A stretch of 64,000 bases of DNA from Selaginella moellendorffii (taxonomy: Eukaryota; Plantae; Lycopodiophyta). A program made the position numbers and the translations under genes. This document shows, piece by piece, positions 1 to 13,064 of this stretch. How positions within the stretch are numbered: the stretch's first letter is position 1; each line of letters opens with the position of its first letter. The stretch covers positions 62,001 to 126,000 of the forward strand of contig NW_003314308.1 in assembly GCF_000143415.4 (NCBI RefSeq), read 5' to 3'. Below the pieces are notes generated by a model. That model ran no database searches and was not told where the DNA came from. It worked only from the letters and a program-made list of their open reading frames with translations.

Positions 1-289
1 GGCTTCCCAGTCTTCTTCGCCTTCATGTTTGCCTAGTGTATCAAGTACCACTGAGGTAGCTCTTTTTTTCCAATCTCTTTCATCACTTTGGGCTCGGTCA
101 AGCAAAAGTTTGTGAGCTCATTACTAGGATGATACACTTTTGAAGCAAAAGAGCTTACAATTTTGTTTTACACGAAATATGTAGGAAATCCTGAGCTCAA
201 AAGTTCACTAAGATTCATTTCCATAAACTACACTTTTGGCAGAAAAAATACAATAATCAGTTAAAAACAACCCATTCACCATCGAATGG

Positions 290-742
290 ATCTAGGACAT
301 ACAATTTGCCTTGCTTCTCCACACATTGTCCAATATTTCAGCAATGGGTAACTTTGGTAAAATCCACACACTTTTGACAGCGCAATACATCTGCCAAGAA
401 GTGGTCATCCTTTGACCCCTCAAACTTTGGAGCCACCACCACGCTGTCTTGATGACCTTGGTAGAAGTCAATAATGTCATCTAGTGCCACCACCCGCTTG
501 AAATCCCGAAACCCGACATGGTCAAGATTCTTGACTTTCGTCCCGTCCTTTAGAACAATGCAATTGCCACCATGTAGCCTCCTCGGCACAAGCCTTCCAG
601 TAGGATCCAGATGGTCAACCATTGACATACTTCTCCTCTGCAGCATTAAACACCACGATATCGTATACTTTTGAAACCTTCCCCAGAAATTCACCTACGC
701 CTGGTCTCTTCATGATGTGGAGTGTCCAATTCCATGCTGAAA
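290..742 (-). pseudogene. SCP/FCP1-like (NIF domain, HAD family) small CTD phosphatase remnant
   Basis: Across frames the minus strand reads MKRPGVGEFLGKVSKVYDIVVFNAAEEKYV / VDHLDPTGRLVPRRL..C..KNL..VGFRDFKRVVALDD...PKFEGSKDDHFL. This follows the NIF consensus KRPGxxEFL..YEIVVFTA..Y..LDxLDP..RL..C..KDL..GRDLxRVVIVDD. It is frameshifted and no DxDxT exon was found. Confidence 0.7.
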
Positions 743-2199
743 TCTACAGAAGAGACCTTATGAGCGTATACCAATGTATTATCTAAATCTAGAATCAGTG
801 TCTTCTTCATGATACCCTTAAAATGACTCGTCCATATATATGATTCCTTAAACCCTAAACTCCATCTGACGTGGCCGTTTTGTCGGGAATGGGATCGTGG
901 AATCGATCGGAAGACTCCTGCGGATACAATATTTCTTTCTTTGGCCGCTTTGAGCGTCTGAGTTGCCTCTTGTCTCTTGTCCAGGCTGCAGCTACAAAGT
1001 GCTCGCTTGTGTCGGCCACGGCGCGTCCGGCAAAATATACAAGTGCCGTAGGAAGGAGGACGACATGTATGTCATCAAAGTTTGCACGGCAACGAAGTCC
1101 AGGGACCAGCTCGTCTTCGAGGAGGGAGATATGCTCTAGTGCTGTAAACATCCCAACATATACTTTGACATATGGCAGGAGGAAATGGGCAAGTCCAAAG
1201 TCTACATTGTCATGGAGTTTTGGCTTGCTCCAGTTGGTGCTCCTCGGCGGTGAGTCAGATGCGTTTAGGCAGCTTCTTCAAGTTGTGGCATGTACACGAC
1301 AACGTTGGTGATCATCGGGATATATCACACAACGATGACGGACTCATCAAGCTGGGAGGGCTAATGAAAGTTAAAACATCTATTTCATCTTCATTTGTTG
1401 GCTTACTGCTAAAAATAAGGAGAGCACCGGAGCAACTCGACCTACACTGACATGCTCGCGCTTGGCGTTATACTCTTCGAACTTCATTGGAGGTGTCCCC
1501 CGGCAGGTTTGACTGCAGTTTGTGCAACGTCCTTGCTTATTTTGGTGAATCGGTGTGATTGACGTCTTACCAGCCGACTGGGCGTACCAACACGTCCAAG
1601 GTGACAGCAAGACGCGACCAGCGTCCATCCGCGCACGATATCCTCCGCGATCCTGCCTGGCAATCTGTTTGGTGAGTTTCTTTCGTTACTCTGACTCTCT
1701 GCTTGGCTTCTATGAGAAGCATGAAACTTGGTGACACTAGATCGTTCAACCCAGATGCTTAACGGGTCATCTTTCTAGAGCATTGACTGGAATGGAAGTT
1801 AGTTAGTAAGAATCGGCTGTGATACTTTTGCCTACGGTGAAACCTCGAAGCCATCATAAAAAGGAAACTGCACAAAACAACTGGAAACGCAGAGAGAATT
1901 GATCCAACACTTTTTTCTGTTCACGTTTCTTCCATACCGTGGGCTTGTCAATCACCATGAGACAGTTATCACTAGTAATTGGCTCCTGAAACGTTTGTGT
2001 CTTCTTGGATAGCAACAAGCAGAGCTCGTTGAGATCAATGAGTTCACCATTGCGATATCTATTCAGAAGGCCAAATCTAGAGAGAGAGAGAGAGAGCATT
2101 AAGAATTCTATCTAGATCCTAAATGTCACTTCTCACCACATTCTCACAAACAGATCTTGGAATAAGCACAGCATCCCATTCTGGCATTCCAAACAGTCT

Positions 2200-2950
2200 C
2201 ATACTCTTGATAATTTTTGTTTAAGAAATTTCTGTTAAGATTAATATATACATTATGATGTAATTTCAATCACAATTCTTTAAAAAATTGTAAATTTTTT
2301 ATATAATTTATACTATAATTTAATAATATAAAAATTTATAAAAATATTGTGAAGATTATAACATTTTAATTAAGCAATATATAGTTTAAAATTGGCTCTA
2401 AATGTTTAGTTTCACTAAAAAAAATAAGCCTTAGTTTAAAAAAGGAAACAACTATGTATGGCCATCCACAACTTTATTTGTAAAGCTTAAATACAAAATA
2501 CCAATAAAAATAATTATTTAAAAAATAAATAATCATATATGTAAAAGATGCAAAAGTAATATATCACCTCTCATATAAAAAATTATAATTATAACTTAAT
2601 TTAAAAATAAAAGCCCAATGTTTTTAAAGGGATGCAACATGTGTTGCTATATATATAAAAATAAAAATGCTATACATATTGTTGTTGTTATATAATATTA
2701 TTATTATAAAAGTAAATTGTTACATGAGTTATACCAAGAAACACGTCCAAGATATATTTATATTACATTTAGATAAAAAAATTAAAAATAATTTATTAAT
2801 TTACAAAACTCTTTGATATATTTCAGAAACAGTTACCCATTTGTTATAAAAATATCAATAGTTAAATAGTTTTCTTAATTTTGTATTGAATATTATAAGT
2901 TCAGTTGAAAAATTTAATAAGTGAATAAGATTGTTGGGAAACTCTCTAAT
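2200..2950. other. very AT-rich low-complexity intergenic tract
   Basis: Long A/T runs and no ORFs. Confidence 0.7.
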
Positions 2951-3529
2951 TACAGTATGAGACTTTAAATCCCTTAAAAACACAAAAATTTCAAACTCTT
3001 TTGTTTTTACAAAGAAAATCTCTACACATATGTGGTCACTGGTGATGGTCTCCTAGACAGCGAGAGTTCCTTGTCGGCTCAGTCGTGGCAAATGCTGCCA
3101 GACACTTCACACGAAGAATTGACACGTACTAGGACGTGATCAGACAGATCCAATAGTATCACCACTCTAGAATCCTCTGCAGGAAAAGCACAAAGTGAAG
3201 ATAATAACATGGTAGTCATAAAGCCTGAGAATAGATTGAAGACCGAGTATCACAATAACATGAGGTTACCCAGCAGTTTAGCTAATCTAATTAAATGATT
3301 TCACCTTTCTGAGTTAAGTGTACTTTCGAGGTAGAGAATTATGGCACAGACATAGGATATCGTTAAGGAAAGCGAGCATCGCTCGCATCACTAGTGCCTC
3401 CAACTTAAGAAAAATAGGCCTTGCACTGCCGAATCCATTCTTCAGGAAGCACAAGTACTTCTTGGATGGCACTTGCACTCTTCCTATCCTAATAAACCAC
3501 ATTACATAAGTAACCATAGTAAACACAGA

Positions 3530-3860
3530 CCGAATGGATCTGGGACGTACAATTTTGCCTTTGCTTCTCAACACATTGTCCAGGATAACTTTGGTAAAAT
3601 CCACGCACTTTGACAGCGCAAGAAGGAATGAGGATACATCTAAAGAAGATGCATGTTATGTATGAATTTCTAACTCCCCATAATGTTGTTGAGTTGCACG
3701 TTTCCTTAGAAAGCTAGAAGGCAGTAATGTCATCGAGTGCCACCACCCGCTTGAAATCCCGAAACCCTACATGATCAAGGATTCTTGATTTCCTTTAAAC
3801 GAACAAACGCAGTTGCCTCCTCGACACAGGCCTCCCAGTGGGATTCAGATGGTCAACCAC
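3530..3860 (-). pseudogene. second degraded SCP/NIF phosphatase fragment
   Basis: Shares blocks with 290-620, e.g. gtgccaccacccgcttgaaatcccgaaacc and ataactttggtaaaatccac. Confidence 0.65.
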
Positions 3861-4075
3861 AAAGTTAGTATAAAGTATTGTCTTAGCTGATTTGCAAGGA
3901 AAGTGAGCACCTAAGGATTAGTGCCTTCAATTAAAAAATGCATCAGTTAGCTTTGAGGAGGGGAGATCTACTAGCGGAGCCGAGAGAGCTCCGCGTATAA
4001 TAGTAGCATTTTATTTAAACTCAGGCGGCAACCAAACCCATACATCCATATCCAGAGCCACAGTTCATATCCAGT

Positions 4076-4623
4076 TTACAGGTTGCCAGTAGTGACTGTC
4101 TTGGGACACATCTTGGTGCAGCCAAAGCCATTCCGCTCGCAGCAGTAGTGTTCCACACCATCCTCGCACTTCCACAGGCAGCCAAATCCATTCTTGAGAC
4201 AGCAGGAGTACTTTTTCGATGTCTCACAGTTCTGCATGCACCCAAACCCATTCTTAAGGCAGCACTGGTAATTTTTGCCTTTCTCGCACTCCTGCATGCA
4301 GCCCCATCCGTTCCTGAGGCAACAGTAAGTTTCGCCAACAACGCTGCTTAGTGCTGCACACAAAAGAAATGATGGAAACAACAGTTTGAAGAGCTCAGCC
4401 GGGGTGAATATATTTGCAGCACCTTTGTTTTCCAGGATAGTAGACACATATCGTGGATCATGCGTCGCATCCACCCCTCCCGCAAAGATCGTGTCTGTGG
4501 AACAACACTTTTCAGCATTACGCAAATGAAAATTTGCAATATACCTGCTTCATTGTCGACGCGAGTAGCATTGACAGCTGCGAGCAGCACAAGAACGATG
4601 CAGGTAACTGGAGCCAGGGCCAT
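4076..4623 (-). CDS. secreted cysteine-rich tandem-repeat peptide precursor, copy A (142 aa; exons 4545-4623, 4423-4494, 4076-4353)
   Basis: GT-AG introns splice in frame to give a hydrophobic signal (MALAPVTCIVLVLLAAVNA), a pro-like region and four 20-aa CCxxNG[FW]GCxxxC repeats. AATAAA lies downstream of the stop. Confidence 0.85.
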
Positions 4624-5535
4624 GACTATCTGAAAACAGCAGATCTGATAGAAGTGGCATTTCATGTGTCCAATTTAAAGAAACAGTATGCGGGGACCAG
4701 TAAGATACTAGGAATAAGTCAGGACCATCAGTGAGAGCGAGAGTTTCTTGTGGGCCTCCAAACACCTAAGGCATGATAGACAACGAGATAGTCGGGACCA
4801 CTTGAAAGTCCCTTTATTTGTGGCCAACTACCAGATAGAGACTAAATTGCCAATAGCATTTTCAAGGTTTGGTTTGTTCTCTTGATAAATATTTAGAGGT
4901 GAACAACACTCACTCCTAAACAGGGGTCAAGTTTCAACAAGCCTTTCTGTACAATCACGAGATCAAAACATCAGAACGTTCATCCTGCTCCTGGTCTACG
5001 CCACGATGAGCAGCTCCATTGTTTCCGTGTTCCCGCGGGTTCAGCAATAATCTTTCTTCTAGCGAACGGACGTCGCTGCCACCAAATGTCCCTTCTCGTC
5101 CTGCTTGAACTTTCTGTTCGATGACCACATCACAGAACGAGAAATAGTCTTTTGGGTTGGTAGCCCAATGAGTCTAGTGCTGTTCTGGCTTACCATGGTT
5201 GCCTTGTCTGACGTAGAAGCCTTCCTTTCAAACTCAGAACTTAACTTGGCTTCTTTCTTCCCCCCAAGCTCTTCTCTGCTTTCCACACTAACAGATCAAA
5301 GGTGGTGTCCGTCCCAGCCAGTCCTGAATCTCATCCCTCAATCCGGACTGGTAGTAGATGCGCTTACTGAATTCGGGTATTGCCTCCGTCATCCTAGACA
5401 AGAGCTCCGTAGTCATTTAATCCATCCTTGTATGCTCACTTCTCTTCTTCATCACTACGGTGAATGCACTCTTTCAAACAGTACGCCAACGAAAGCTTGC
5501 AATACCACTAGCCATGTCGGCCATGTCTACTTTGA

Positions 5536-6822
5536 TCACGCTGGAACCGCTATAGCCTCCACTGATAGAAGCTTCCCTTTGGTTTTGCAGCTTTCCAAGA
5601 TCTGTGCTTGCGTTTTCTTATTGTAACTCATTCGGTGGGACTTCATCACTCTGTAGAGACGACGAACGTTTTCTATATCACCGCCCGCGGCATAGGCTCG
5701 GATCATCGTCTGCCACCATTCCAGATTCTTTGTCTTTACACTCTGAAACACCACCTCGGCGTCCTTCAGGCTGCCCAGCCGGATGAAGAGCTCGAGGAAG
5801 CGCCTGGCAGTCTCAAACTCGGTGGCCATCCCCAACGACGATAAGTGTGCGTGCAGCGCTCGAGCGTCCTCCAGGCTCGAGCACGCATTCATCGCCTCTT
5901 GGCACATCCTCGCGTTTAGAGACGTTTGCTGTGCCGGGTCCATATTGAGGAACAGCTTGAGCGCCTCCCTCGACTGTCCTCTCTTCTTATACGTCCCCCA
6001 CACCTTCTTCCAGGTCTCGGATCCAGCGTCAACGATGACAGATCCTAAAGCTTTGCTGGCCTCCTCGATCCCTCCAACCTTGTCATACGTATCGATGAGC
6101 TGATTAACGACGGGCAAATGCGAGCGCCACCGCGAGGTCGCGAGACAAAAGTGGACGAGCTTGGCCTCCTTGAGACCGCCCATCTCCCCACAGGCCTTGA
6201 GAACCTCCGTGTAAGTCACGGGCAGTGGCGGTGAGCCATCCAGTATCATGTCCCGGAAGAGATTGAAAGCGTCGCGATGCCGTCCATTCTCGGCCATGGC
6301 GACGATCGCCGCCGTCCAGCCCTGCTCGTTCTGCCGCCGCAAGCCCCGAAAGACCGATACCGCCGCGTCGGGGAGGCCGCATTTTCCATACGCCGTGATG
6401 AGCATCGTACCCAGCGATCGATTGCAGCGCTCGGTCATGACTATGTGATTGTGAACCCTGCGAAGATCCGGTGCCGCCTTGAAGCTGATACAGTGCCGGA
6501 GCATACCTTCTAGGGTCGCCGTCGTCGCCTCGCAGCCCTGGCATTCCAGGAGCTCCACATCCTTGCCGACGATCCCCGTCGCCTCGGCCGGATCGTAATC
6601 TACCGATGCTGGCGTGGCGACTGTGGCGACAAGCAGCAGGGAATCGCGCGGCCGCGGCGGCGGCGGAGTGTAGGGCTCCTCTGCGTCGCGCCGCGTGTTC
6701 CTGAGCTTGCTGCGCATCAGCGCCTTGGCGACGATCTCCCTCGTCTTTGGCCCATCGAGCCGGCCGAGCCGCATTGTCCCAAGAACCCTAAACCCATCCC
6801 CCGCCGAGTTATCCTTCTCCAT
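5536..6822 (-). CDS. intronless pentatricopeptide repeat protein (PLS-like motifs)
   Basis: 428-aa ORF with PPR motifs such as LGTMLITAYGKCGLPDAAVSVF, WTAAIVAMAENGRHRDAFNLFRDM, VTYTEVLKACG and WQTMIRAYAAGG. The start codon is uncertain. Confidence 0.85.
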   Translation of the reverse strand: MEKDNSAGDGFRVLGTMRLGRLDGPKTREIVAKALMRSKLRNTRRDAEEPYTPPPPRPRDSLLLVATVATPASVDYDPAEATGIVGKDVELLECQGCEATTATLEGMLRHCISFKAAPDLRRVHNHIVMTERCNRSLGTMLITAYGKCGLPDAAVSVFRGLRRQNEQGWTAAIVAMAENGRHRDAFNLFRDMILDGSPPLPVTYTEVLKACGEMGGLKEAKLVHFCLATSRWRSHLPVVNQLIDTYDKVGGIEEASKALGSVIVDAGSETWKKVWGTYKKRGQSREALKLFLNMDPAQQTSLNARMCQEAMNACSSLEDARALHAHLSSLGMATEFETARRFLELFIRLGSLKDAEVVFQSVKTKNLEWWQTMIRAYAAGGDIENVRRLYRVMKSHRMSYNKKTQAQILESCKTKGKLLSVEAIAVPA

Positions 6823-9800
6823 GCTGTTTTTAGGGTTTTCTAGGTCTTTCGTTGGGAAATGGAGATTCCGCGCTCGAGGAGATCGCCGAGTAACACAACG
6901 ACCCTTTCTTTGGGAAATGGATGCCGCAGGAGATCGCCGAGTTCCCCGGGATTACTTAGCTGCCAATCCCTGAGCGCTTGGGCCATGGCCGGGGATGGGC
7001 ATCAATGACGCACTCTTTTATCTCTTTTATATTTTGTTTGTGAAAGGGACTTGGACGACTTTCATGAGCTGTGTCTGAGGTGAAGGCAAAGGTGGAGAAT
7101 CACCGATGACCATGATCAACAAATCCCTGCGAGAAACATCCAAATGTAAATCATGGAGCTTGTGTGTGACATGTTGAGGAACTTGAGTATGCGAGATTCT
7201 GCTGCTAGAAGGCATGGAAATCTCGTGGTGCATTCCCACTGCTGCTCCTGGCAAAGGAGGCACTGAGCTCACTTGGGGGGATCTGGACCTAAACCAACGT
7301 GTGAAGGCACAGGCTTCTTTGCTTGACCTCGAGTATTTGCGGCGACCGACCGCATGGATGCCAGCAACTTTCTTTCCTTTGTCCAAAGGTGGCGGGGCTT
7401 TGATCGCGCCTTGCTGAAAAGTCTGACGATAGCTCGACTCAGCTGCAAACGAGGAGTTGTCCACCAAAGGGTGCTGCAGAACCTACTAAGGCTGCAGGCG
7501 TTGCTCAGGGTGTAACTTCCAACAGCACAATTCGTCCTGTGTACTCGATTTGCAGTGATTGCAAAAGAGACGATGGCATGGAGGACAATCAGCAGCATAC
7601 GTCCTAAGGTGTCTCAACTCTTATAAAATCTCTGCTTGCTGTGTCTGTGTTGTTGGAGGAGAATGTGATATTATTGCATTTCCACCAACGCGGCATCTAC
7701 TGTACTTGCAGATGTATCCTCTGGAGCATGAGCTGGAGGAGCTCTGTTGATGACGCAAGCATGATCAATGACAAGAGAGGCATATATTTGTCAAATTTGG
7801 CAATCCCGAGCTCTAAGAGCATCTCCTTCTCTAGCTGTGCAACAAAGTTGAAAGCCTCTAAGCAGCCAAACCATTGTTTTTCAGCACGTGTTTTTCACAT
7901 GTGCTTATGATCTTCACGCTCACTCATCCCACTCATTGTCACACACACGATGATCACTGATACAACAAAACACCAAGATCTTGTCCGCCTCGTTGCTGCA
8001 AATCTCAAGCTTCGCGCACTATAAGCATTGTGTAAACTTCGCCCATGCATCTAAACATGTCCAACCAGGGACCCTTGATTGCCTCCGGATCAAAACTCTT
8101 GATGCAAAAATTAGATAAATGACTTCCAAAAACCTTTCCTCATTGCTTCATATAAAATGCCACCTTTCTAAAAAGATTCTCAAGATTCCATGCAAGCCTT
8201 TAGTGGCCATCTTGTAACTAACCACACAAGCCTCCCCTCCAGCTCTCAATCTCCTCCGCGATTGCAGTGTTGCACACACAGCTGATAAGTCTTCCCTCTT
8301 GTTTTATTCTCTTTTTTTTGGCTTTACCCAAGGAAAGAGTTTTATGTAAAGAGCTTGTTTTCTAATACTGTGGCGTGTAGAGCCGAAGCTCAAGGCATGG
8401 TTGATTCTGGTGAACTTGTAACTACCCATGGAGCACACCCATAGAGCATAGAGCCTTGCTTGTTGTGCCTCACTTGGTGCTGCGGCACAACAATAGCAAT
8501 CCAGACTCAGAGAAGTTCTTTAGTGTAGTTTGGCTTGCGATTGTGACTAGCTGCACCGGTCTGTTACTATAGTTGCAAAAAAATAGAGGGTTTTTGATGT
8601 TGTTGATTTTGTGTTCGTATAGTAATTCTTACCTTGGAACAAGTTACCAAACACATGAATCAATTAGAAATTAATTTAAAACCTTTAATCCCCAAGAAGG
8701 CTCATGCAAGTGGCTGTGAATAAAGATAAACTTAACATCACTAAAATACTTTAGTCTTAAGCAAATGGATATGCATTTGTGATAGATTAGAATATAATAG
8801 AGATAAGGATAGGGGTCAAATGCTAACTCTCCCCCTTAACTATTCCTTTTTCTTGAGTCTTAACTATCAAGATTGTAACCTTAAGTGTCAAGGTCATAAT
8901 CCTAACTATCAATAAAATGCTTGAATACATAATTAATTTGTTGTACTTCATTAGGTCTCTTAATACTTGAAGGTAGGTAATAAATCGCCACACCACCTTT
9001 GTTATTGACTTCATTGTAACCAATGCCCTTTTCCATACATAATTTTTTACGATGGTGCACATCTTTTTGATTGTTGTCTCCAACATTGGCCATATTGAAA
9101 GATGATACCAGATGAATAGGAAGATGATATTCTTCATCAGCACCACCCAAGCCACAAGCCCAAGCTTTCATGGAGTCCCTTTGTTGATCATGGTCTTGAT
9201 TCTTCTTAGAAGTGTGCCATTTTGAGTTGCTATGTTGAAGTTGACTCTCACCTGTATTCCTAAATACCATATGTCCTCACCTAGCTTACACCATTGAAAA
9301 CCAATCCTTTGCCCCCATGAGGTCCCCAATTGACCCCCACTGATTTGTTTTAGATGATGGCCTCTTGCAGCCAGCTTAAAAGTCTTGAGCATGCTTTTCT
9401 TGTATCCAGATTTGGAGAGTTGGAGGAAGATTCAGCCAATTATGACACTTATAGCATTCATTTAAGTTTCAATTTTAAAATTGTAAAACCACTAAATTTT
9501 AAATGATTGTTCAATCAGGAAAAAAAGAAGAGCATACAAGATATAAATCAATCCCAGAACAAGGTAAAGTGTTTAGATAACAATTTTTTATTTTGTAATT
9601 TTTGTAAATAGAAAGAAAATTGCCTAAAGCTCTTAAAATACTTTCAAAGTATGAGTTACAATGACTAGAGAATATTGCAAAACAAAAACAAAACTTATTG
9701 ATCTCAGACCAAAAAATGTCTTCAATATGAAAGTTCCATATATCAGCAAGGAAAAGATACTAGTACATTAAAATGTCAAAACAAGGTATTATGACTTTTT

Positions 9801-11099
9801 AGCATAGCACAACTATATTAATGTCATTGGTTTTATTCTAGGATATTCAAACCAATGAAGAAAAGGATGAAGTAGAGGTAAGACACTATAAGCTTACTTT
9901 TGTCTGTGACTAACAAAATTACAGGGAGAATAATTACTTTATGAGCAAGAGGACAATCTAAACTCTAACAAGGTAATTTATATATTTTTTGATACATCTT
10001 CACTTGTTTAGGAAATGTAGGCCATTGAAGATCCTCCTGAGAAAAGGCAAGGTTTGATTATTATATTTTGCAGAAAAAAAAAACTGCAGTGAAGTTTTCA
10101 ACATACCCTTGAATAGAGGTAAATACAATCAGTACAGAACTCAATGGTGTTTAAAAGGCATAATTGGGTTTCCTTGCTAGATTTTGAGTTTGGCAATATT
10201 GCTGAAGCTAAACTTGAGCAAGTAATTAATTGAGTATTGCTTAAAGCCTAGAGTAGGCATGATGTTGATCCTTAAGAGGATATGAGATGGATGAAATTCC
10301 ATATCCACTAGAAGACTCTTCAAGGAGTATAAGTTTATACATATGATTTCTTATGCTCTTGCTGTAAGTGTGTTCTAATATAGATTTGTATTTATAACAG
10401 TTCTTTCTTTTTGGTTGAAGGCAAGGAGGGAGCATGAGGAGCAATCTATGTGAAAAAGGGTATATGTGTTTGAAAGAGTACAATAGTTATTGCAAACAAG
10501 ACTCTATAAAGATGCATGCGGTTGGGGCCAGTCTGTCCATATACTGGTAAAGCATAGTTTATATTTGTATTATTGTTAATCTTTAAAATAGAGAAAAAAG
10601 TACTTGTGTTAATAGTTTATGTCTTGCATTTTTTTTCTATTCAAACATATTATTCACCATTCAAATAGTGAAACATGTCATAGTATATAATTTAGCTATG
10701 TAATTTATGGCCAAACTACAGTCTAATATAGTTGAATGAGTAGGAAGTGGCATAGTTCACCTAGCCACAAGTTTCTAGTTGTATTGAATCCCTAGGGGAC
10801 ATAGTGCAGCTGCACCATGCCCATCTGTATTTGTGCAATGTTTTCACTACATGCTTAGTTTTTCCTTGACACAACGACGCCTTACTTCTCATCAATTCGG
10901 TTTGTTAATATGATATTTTCTTTGGATAGTGCCAAGTAGTATGTTATGCGGCACTTCACATGATTGTGGACAGGCAGCTGGGAACAAACTATCGCAATAG
11001 CAATGACCTCAGATTTTGAGTGTGTCAATTTCCCAACAATTTTTAAGGTCCATGGTGGTCTTTTTCTATGCAGCTCAGCTCACTTTTTTTCCTGTAACC

Positions 11100-11744
11100 G
11101 CACCAAGATATGTCATCTCGCTGAATACTTGTAGTTCACAAGGATATGCCTGTCCTTTCTGGAAGACCGATAGAGGAGGAAATGCAGCAGTTGGAGCTGT
11201 TTGGTGCTTGTACTAGCACAACAGTGTTGGCATCTTTTTCAACTGCCACATTGGATAATGAATTGGGATCGCCACCAGTTTCCGTCGTTTTCGTTCTCAT
11301 TTTCTCTCTGTGATTCTTAGGAAATAGTGGATCGCTTTTGGTTTTCTATGTTTGACTGTTAGTAATTCCGCTAGTTTAAGCTAATGAAGCTATTTCAGAC
11401 AAGGACAAAAATACCTCTAACATTGTCAAACCATCCTTGTTGTAAATCTGTTGAGATCAACAAGTTGTTCTGTAACCTGTCCTCCTTTCGGACCCTTGAG
11501 CTCGACACCATCGCCTGCTGCTCAAGGTCATTAAACGGTATTATCAGCTCCTTTCATGAAAACAGTATTTTAGGTTAGAAAGCAGCATCCTTTACCTGCC
11601 GACCAAGATCGGACACAACAAGAATCTTCGAAAACAAAAGAAAAACGCAGGCAAAACAGGAGTGATTACCCTTCCATCAGCTTCCACAAATGGCTCTCAT
11701 TGCCGGCACATAACCGTTCATCGTCAACTGCTTTCCACCATTGG
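11100..11744 (-). pseudogene. inverted, deleted fragment of the TFIIIC subunit gene
   Basis: Reverse complement matches ~16340-17375, including intron sequence (e.g. aggatatgcctgtcctttctggaaga), with many deletions. Confidence 0.85.
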
Positions 11745-12207
11745 CGCTGGATCCGAGACCTGGAAGAAGGTATAAGAAGAGAGGACAGGCGCTCAAGTTG
11801 TTCCCCAATACGGACCCGGCACAGCAAACGTAAAGATGTGCCAAGACGCGATGAATGCGTGCTCAAGCCTGGAGGACGCTCGAGCGCTGCATGCACACTT
11901 ATCGTCGTTGGGGATGGCCACCGAGTTTGAGACTGCCAGGCGCTTCCTCGAGCTCTTCATCCGGCTGGGCAGCCTGAAGGACGCCGACGTGGTGTTTCAG
12001 AGTGTACAGACAAAGAATCTGGAATGGTGGCAGACGATGATCCGAGCCTATGCTGCGGGCGGTGATATAGAAAACGTTCATCGTCTCTACAAAGTGATGA
12101 AGTCCCACCGAATGAGTTACAACAAGACAACGCAAGCACAGATCTTGGAAAGCTGCAAAACCAAAGGGAAGCTTCTATCAGTGGAGGCTGTAGCGGTTCC
12201 AGCGTGA
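11745..12207 (+). pseudogene. 5'-truncated copy of the PPR gene 3' half
   Basis: The C-terminal 123 aa are nearly identical to those of 5536-6822. The fragment is fused directly to the TFIIIC remnant at ~11744. Confidence 0.85.
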
Positions 12208-13064
12208 TCAAAGAAGAGGTGGCCAACATTGCAAGCTTTCGCTGCCGTACTGCTTGAAAGGAGCATTCTCCTGAGTGATGAAGAGAAGTGAGCGCGATGG
12301 AGGGTATACACGGATGGACAAAATGACTACGGAGCTCTTGTCTAGGATGACGGAGGCAATACCCGAATTCAGTAAGTGCGTCTACTACTCGTCCGGATTG
12401 AGGGATGAGATTCAGGAGTGGCTCGATCTGGATGACAGATGCCACCTTTGATCTGTTAGTGTGGAAAGCAGAGAAAGAAGCCAAGTCAAGTTCTGAGTTC
12501 GAAAGCAAAGCTTCTACGTCAGACAAGGCTATCATGGTAAGCCAGAACAGCACTAGACTCATTGGGCTACCAACCCAAAAGCTCAGTACTATTTCTTGGT
12601 CTGTGGCGGGGTCATCGAACAGAAAGCTGAAGAAGTTCAAGCAGGACAAGAAGGAACCTTTGGTGGCGGCTAGAAGAAAGATGATTGCTAAACCCGCGTG
12701 AGAAAAACAATGGAGCTGCTAGGAGCAGGATGAACGTTCTGATGTTTTGATCTCGTGATTGTACAGAAAGGCTTGTTGAAACTTGACCCCTGTTTATATT
12801 TATCAAGAGAACAAACCAAACCTTGAAAATGCTATTGGCAATTTAGTCTCTATCTGGTAGTTGGCCACAAATAAAGGGACTTTCAAGTGGTCCCGACCAT
12901 CTCGTTGTCTATCATGCCTTAGGTGTTTGGAGGCCCACAAGAAACTCTCGCTCTCACTGATGGTCCTAACTTATTCCTAATATCTTACTGGTCCCCGCAT
13001 ATTGTTTCTTTAAATTGGACACATGAAATGCCACTTCTATCAGATCTGCTGTTTTCAGATAGTC

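Larger units (their letters stand above)
2830..6027. repeat. left arm of ~3 kb inverted segmental duplication (partner 11745-14805)
   Basis: Reverse-complement similarity, with indels, runs through the PPR 3' half, the Cys-rich gene and its flanks. Boundaries are approximate. Confidence 0.9.

Noticed and set aside
855-1750. Short ORFs, including a DFGLA string upstream of the 855-1151 frame
   Set aside because: No other kinase motifs and no coherent gene model.
7027-7910. 146-aa and other ORFs
   Set aside because: No recognisable domain or splice-consistent model.
8370-10860. Possible decayed DNA transposon (short inverted matches near 8524 and 10712, hairpin near 10795)
   Set aside because: No clear TIR, TSD or transposase motif could be established.
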